From NCBI RefSeq assembly GCF_000143415.4, contig NW_003314346.1, positions 831,405 to 845,143 on the forward strand: a DNA stretch of 13,739 nt, written 5' to 3'. Origin of the DNA: Selaginella moellendorffii (taxonomy: Eukaryota > Plantae > Lycopodiophyta). Positions 9,863-13,739 of the stretch are shown piece after piece. Under the pieces are notes generated by a model. That model did no database searches, was not told the DNA's origin, and saw only the letters and a program-made list of their open reading frames with translations. Position numbers and translations under genes: made by a program. The stretch's first letter is position 1, and each line of letters starts with the position of its first letter.

Positions 9863-9987
9863 ACCACAGGAATATTCCAAGGATATTCCATGGCTTTAAT
9901 GCTGTAACGCACTAAGGGTTGGGAGGTTGGCCTAGGGTTTACTCCTTATTCATTTCATTAGTATTGGAGTAACATGTTCTTTTGGGG

Positions 9988-11080
9988 ATGGCAAATGAGT
10001 GGGATATAGATTTTGATGAGGAGTATAGCATTAGTGATGATAGTTATAATGATGAGGAAAAAAACTTTGATAGTGTTGTAGTGCAATATAATCATTAGAT
10101 TATTAAGGTTCAGAATGTCATTAAGAAGGTTAAGGATTCTATCAATCTCATGAAGGATTTCTTATTTCATATGGACCTTCAAGGGTTGAATTAATCTTAA
10201 ATCCGTGATTACCATTGGTATATCAAACATGTTAAAGATTATAATATTGTGGAATGGAATTCATCATTAGATATTTGTGATACCTAAGAAGTTGATTCTT
10301 GGTTGAAATTATGGGAAAGTTGTTCTCATAATTCTTGTGAGGATAAGGTGAAGATTTATTTATTTTATAACAAAGCTGACAGGCCATGCTTCTTTGTGGT
10401 GGAAGAACTATATCAAAGCTAATTATAAGCAAACTTCTTAAAATGATTTGAAAAAGATTTTCTATGCTTCATTTGTCAAGAAGTTTAAAAAAGTTGATTT
10501 TAGGAACCAGCTACTAGAGATCAGGCAAAGGACTTTATGTTTGGATGCATATGCCCATCAGTTCCATGATCTTTGTCTTAGTCTCATAAATAACTCTAAT
10601 GAGCTGTTAAAGGTGTAATGTTTTATCAAAGGTTTAAGCTCAATGGATGTGCACCAGAACGTCAAGAACAATTTTCTAAAAAAGTTTATTGATGCTATTA
10701 TTAAGGCTCAGATCTTTTTGCCAAAACCATTAATCAACTTTGGTCAACGGGATGGTCTATGGAGTAATCAATGTGATGATCAGCCCGCCAATGTTTCATA
10801 TTCAAAGAAGAAATAATAATTGCTATATCATAGCTCAAAGTATGGAGATGAGAAATTTCATTTGGACCAAGGAGAAATAGACAAGGTAAAGGGCAATTGT
10901 TATCATTGCCATAAGGCTAGACATCGAAGGGGTTAACAAATGCTAAAGTGACTATGGTGGAATCTATAAACAATGATAAACAATAATGTGAGTGATAATG
11001 TTATTAGGGTTGTATTGCTTCAAGTTAGGCATTCTTTCACGGTCATGAGCCACAAGTTTGATATTATATAGTGGAATTGG
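9988..11080 (+). mobile_element. Highly decayed Ty3/gypsy gag and protease remnant
   Basis: KLTGHASLWWKNY..S*NDLKKIFYASF..LLEIRQ..LDAYAHQFHDL..CFIKGL..DAIIKA fits the Retrotrans_gag pattern (about 10370-10720). Zinc-knuckle remnant CYHCHKARH at 10898-10924. Possible protease ILYSG (for DSG) near 11060-11075. AT-rich with many stops. Confidence 0.8.
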
Positions 11081-11169
11081 CCTACTTGAGATAAAGAGTT
11101 GTAAGTTGTGATTGTTGTTGTGAATGAATGGCAACATTATTTGTATGGATTAAACTTCCACTAAAATAG

Positions 11170-11726
11170 TGAAAAGGTTTAAAAACTACTAAATATTCAA
11201 CACAGTTTTTTATTTATATTAATTCTACATTTATTAGTATAACAATTATTATAGATTCAAACCATAAATCTCTTCAGTATTTCAATCATTAAAAGGACCT
11301 TCAAGGACACCTTACTCATTGGCAAAAGTTTTTGTAGGAAATGTCTGTTAAGATCCAATACAAGTATAAAGGCAACAATAAAGTTGTAATGCATGTGATT
11401 TTCACCCTTTATCCTATGGTGATTTACCATAAAATAACTATAAAACATAACTATCTCAACCAAAACCAAGGTTCAGGGGACTCCGACCTTGAACCCAGGG
11501 CTGCATCGGAGCCATAGATTAAATCATGCACAGCATATAGTATATGCTAGCAGTTAGAACCGCTAGCCTTTCAAAAGGGGGAATCCAAATTGTGGATCCC
11601 TATCTCTAAATACACATCATTCTTTTACTCGTGCTTCTTCTCTACCCTTGGAGATCGGGCCCTTTTCTCTTTTGTTTTCTTACTAACAATAGATTTCCAG
11701 TGAAGAGGAGTTTTCACACCTTTTCA
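11170..11726 (+). repeat. 5' LTR, 557 bp
   Basis: Begins TGAAAAGGT (11170-11178) and ends ACCTTTTCA (11718-11726), a perfect 9-bp inverted repeat. The PBS follows after TT. Candidate TSD is AATAG (11165-11169). Confidence 0.8.
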
Positions 11727-11728
11727 TT

Positions 11729-11741
11729 TGGCGACCATGGC
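11729..11741 (+). other. Primer binding site, tRNA-Arg-like
   Basis: TGGCGACCATGGC is complementary to a tRNA 3' end ...UGGUCG-CCA, as in tRNA-Arg(UCG). The tRNA identity is inferred. Confidence 0.7.
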
Positions 11742-11892
11742 TTTTGAATTCCCCTTCAGGTTCACAAATTCTTTTGTTCTTTCTCCATTCTCTATGTGCA
11801 GATAACAAGAACGATCTAGAAATCTATCCATCTCACCCAAATTCACCCAAATTACGCCCTAATTCGTACATTCGCCCAAATTCAACAAGCAA

Positions 11893-13739
11893 ATGCAACT
11901 GCCAACATGGATCAACAGCATCCAAGCAGTTGCTGCCCAACGCAATAAAGATAGACACTTTCCAGAGGAGATCTTTGAAGAATCTGAAAGCTCTCTCTCA
12001 AGATCTCCAAGTCCAATCACTGATGGAGAACACCAACGACCCTCTTTGACAAGAAACTCCAATCTACCAGCACCTTCATCAGCAGACACCCTTAGCAGCT
12101 TCATTGGTGAACTCCATCTCCGAGCACAAGACCACCCACTCCAAGCTTGAGACCTCAACCAGCGCGCTCGACACAAACTGACACCACTGCCGAAACGAAC
12201 CCATCTTCCATGCAGTCATCGACCCGGAAATCCTAGTGCTCCGACATGATTCTAGTTCCTGCGCCCAGTCCCAATATCGAAGTACATCCTCAGAACCTAC
12301 ACCAACGACGAACCCATCACTTTGTTACCCGGTATCGGACAACTTGTCGAGGGACAACTTCACAACGCACCACCAATTTTTCGACAACCCCTCCGACAAA
12401 GTCAGCAGCTCAGCACCGAAACAACAGTCCGAACTTGGTTTGAAATCAACACGTTTGCTGCAACAACTCTCGTCAATCACGCCATCGCCCAATCTGGACT
12501 CGAACAACTCGACGACATTATCGAAGAAATCATTCCAGACAAACCCAAATATCTGAAACTCTTCATTGAACTCCATCTCAGCACCAGCAAGTGGAAGACC
12601 AGTTTGCATACTGCACACTCGACCCAACACAACTCGGTTGAACACAACCCAACTTAACACGTACCACCGTCGATATTTGCATTGAAAAGAAAGAACAAGC
12701 TCACAACGACTTTATCGACAATTGACCAGCCAACAGTCTTCCCGAAGTTCTGCCCGAACTGCATGATTGACTCCAGACACGAATCTGACACCAACAACCA
12801 GTAGATGCATGTATCCAAAATCACGAAGAACATCCAGCAAGTCGGAAGAAGACCAACAACAGCTTATCCGACGTTTAGATAGAGATTTGAAGAATTTAGA
12901 AATAAAGAGAAAGAAACACCAAGAGAAGTTGAATCAAGTTGTTAGACCCTCCAAGAGAGAGAATTACATCCGACATGAATTATTACTGCAAACTAACTCC
13001 GACAAACCAGTATCGGACATCTGCAAAGAATACGACGACTACACAACACCACCAGACACACCACCGGCAGCACCCTCAACGACACCCACTGAACTGCCCA
13101 AACATGAATCAACACCCTTGACAGCACCCACTGAAGTGCCTGAGCTTGAATCAACACCCTCGACGACACCCACCAAAGTGCCCGAGCCCGACCAAACATT
13201 CGAGCAGTCGACACAGACTACGCCCGAGTAACAAAACATTTTTCAAGCAGCATACAACCACTTCAAAGGTACATTCACCAACCCCATCTACAGTGTCGAC
13301 AAACGACCAAGTTTCCCGCCCAGCTTCACAAACTTCACCAGACCAACACCATTTTCGCCATACCAACCGATCTTCACAACACTAATATATCCCACATTTG
13401 CTTCCAACATCTACCGAAGCCCGCTATCAGTAAGACCTTTCGAACACGCTTTCAACTTCAACGCGCTGACGAGACAACAACTCGACTTCACCAATTACAG
13501 TCGCACTCCAATATACCCAGTCAACAGCAGTAAAGACGAACAACCCAAATCGTCCAATAGTCAAGCACTTGACATCAACAACTCACACCAACCTACGGAA
13601 CAGTTACAATCATCCAACAACAACGAGATCGACGAACCAATTGTCGACGACAACAATCTTCCACAGCAACCACAATCACCACACAACTATACGATCGAAG
13701 AACTCTTTGACAATTTAGAAGAACAATCACAACTAACAC
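11893..13739 (+). pseudogene. Long disrupted element-encoded ORF of unknown function (extra 5' ORF or extended gag N-terminus)
   Basis: ATG at 11893. Pieces 11893-12150 and 12322-12657 share one frame. 12767-13231 continues past a single TAA in an open frame to the window end (QNIFQAAYNHF...IEELFDNLEEQSQLT). Contains a coiled-coil-like segment and a P/T/S-rich region. Confidence 0.6.
13071..13191 (+). repeat. 42-bp in-frame tandem repeat, about 2.9 copies
   Basis: Units start at 13071, 13113 and 13155. They encode PSTTPTELPKHEST, PLTAPTEVPELEST and PSTTPTKVPEPD. Confidence 0.92.

Larger units (their letters stand above)
11170..13739 (+). mobile_element. LTR retrotransposon, 5' part (probably Ty3/gypsy non-chromovirus type), continuing beyond the window
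   Basis: A TG...CA LTR with 9-bp inverted termini, then a 2-nt spacer and a TGG-starting PBS, then a long A/C-rich disrupted ORF. No pol is in the window, so the superfamily is inferred from the PBS type only. Confidence 0.78.

Noticed and set aside
2970-9870. Helitron or Pack-MULE carrying captured gene fragments
   Set aside because: I found no convincing termini, TIRs or TSD. Tandem duplication plus deletion explains the FAN1 pieces more simply.
9869-9893. Palindrome GGAATATTCC and a short direct repeat
   Set aside because: Too short to distinguish from chance or a local duplication scar.
9903-9974. TGTAAC...GTAACA segment as an LTR of the old gypsy element
   Set aside because: Only 72 bp, with no partner and no recognisable PBS after it.
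13071-13191. CRISPR-like array
   Set aside because: The units are contiguous in-frame 42-bp repeats with no unique spacers, in a eukaryotic context.
11859-13366. Minus-strand ORFs within the last element
   Set aside because: They are V/G/S-rich shadows of the A/C-skewed plus-strand ORF, with no independent motifs.

Overview
This is eukaryotic, land-plant DNA. Introns are mostly 46-58 nt and PLS-type PPR remnants are present, which suggests a compact genome such as the lycophyte Selaginella (inference). From left to right: (1) the last 12 exons of an apparently intact FAN1 gene with HIRAN, SAP-like, TPR-like and VRR-NUC regions (1-2750, +); (2) a degenerate PPR fragment (-) and a possible alpha-1,4-glycosyltransferase remnant; (3) a second, pseudogenised FAN1 copy that starts at ATG 3899, keeps the N-terminal exons and a UBZ-like finger, has lost more than 2.2 kb internally, and is split in its last intron by (4) a decayed Ty1/copia element (about 4257-8292) lacking almost all of its 5' LTR; (5) the rest of the FAN1 pseudogene, fused to a PPR fragment, then a TTC38-like pseudogene; (6) a very decayed Ty3/gypsy gag-protease remnant, interrupted by (7) another LTR retrotransposon with a 557-bp LTR, 9-bp terminal inverted repeats, a tRNA-Arg-like PBS and a long unrecognised ORF running off the window. 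I found no convincing new multi-gene system. The best leads are the unrecognised post-PBS ORF and the duplication history of FAN1.
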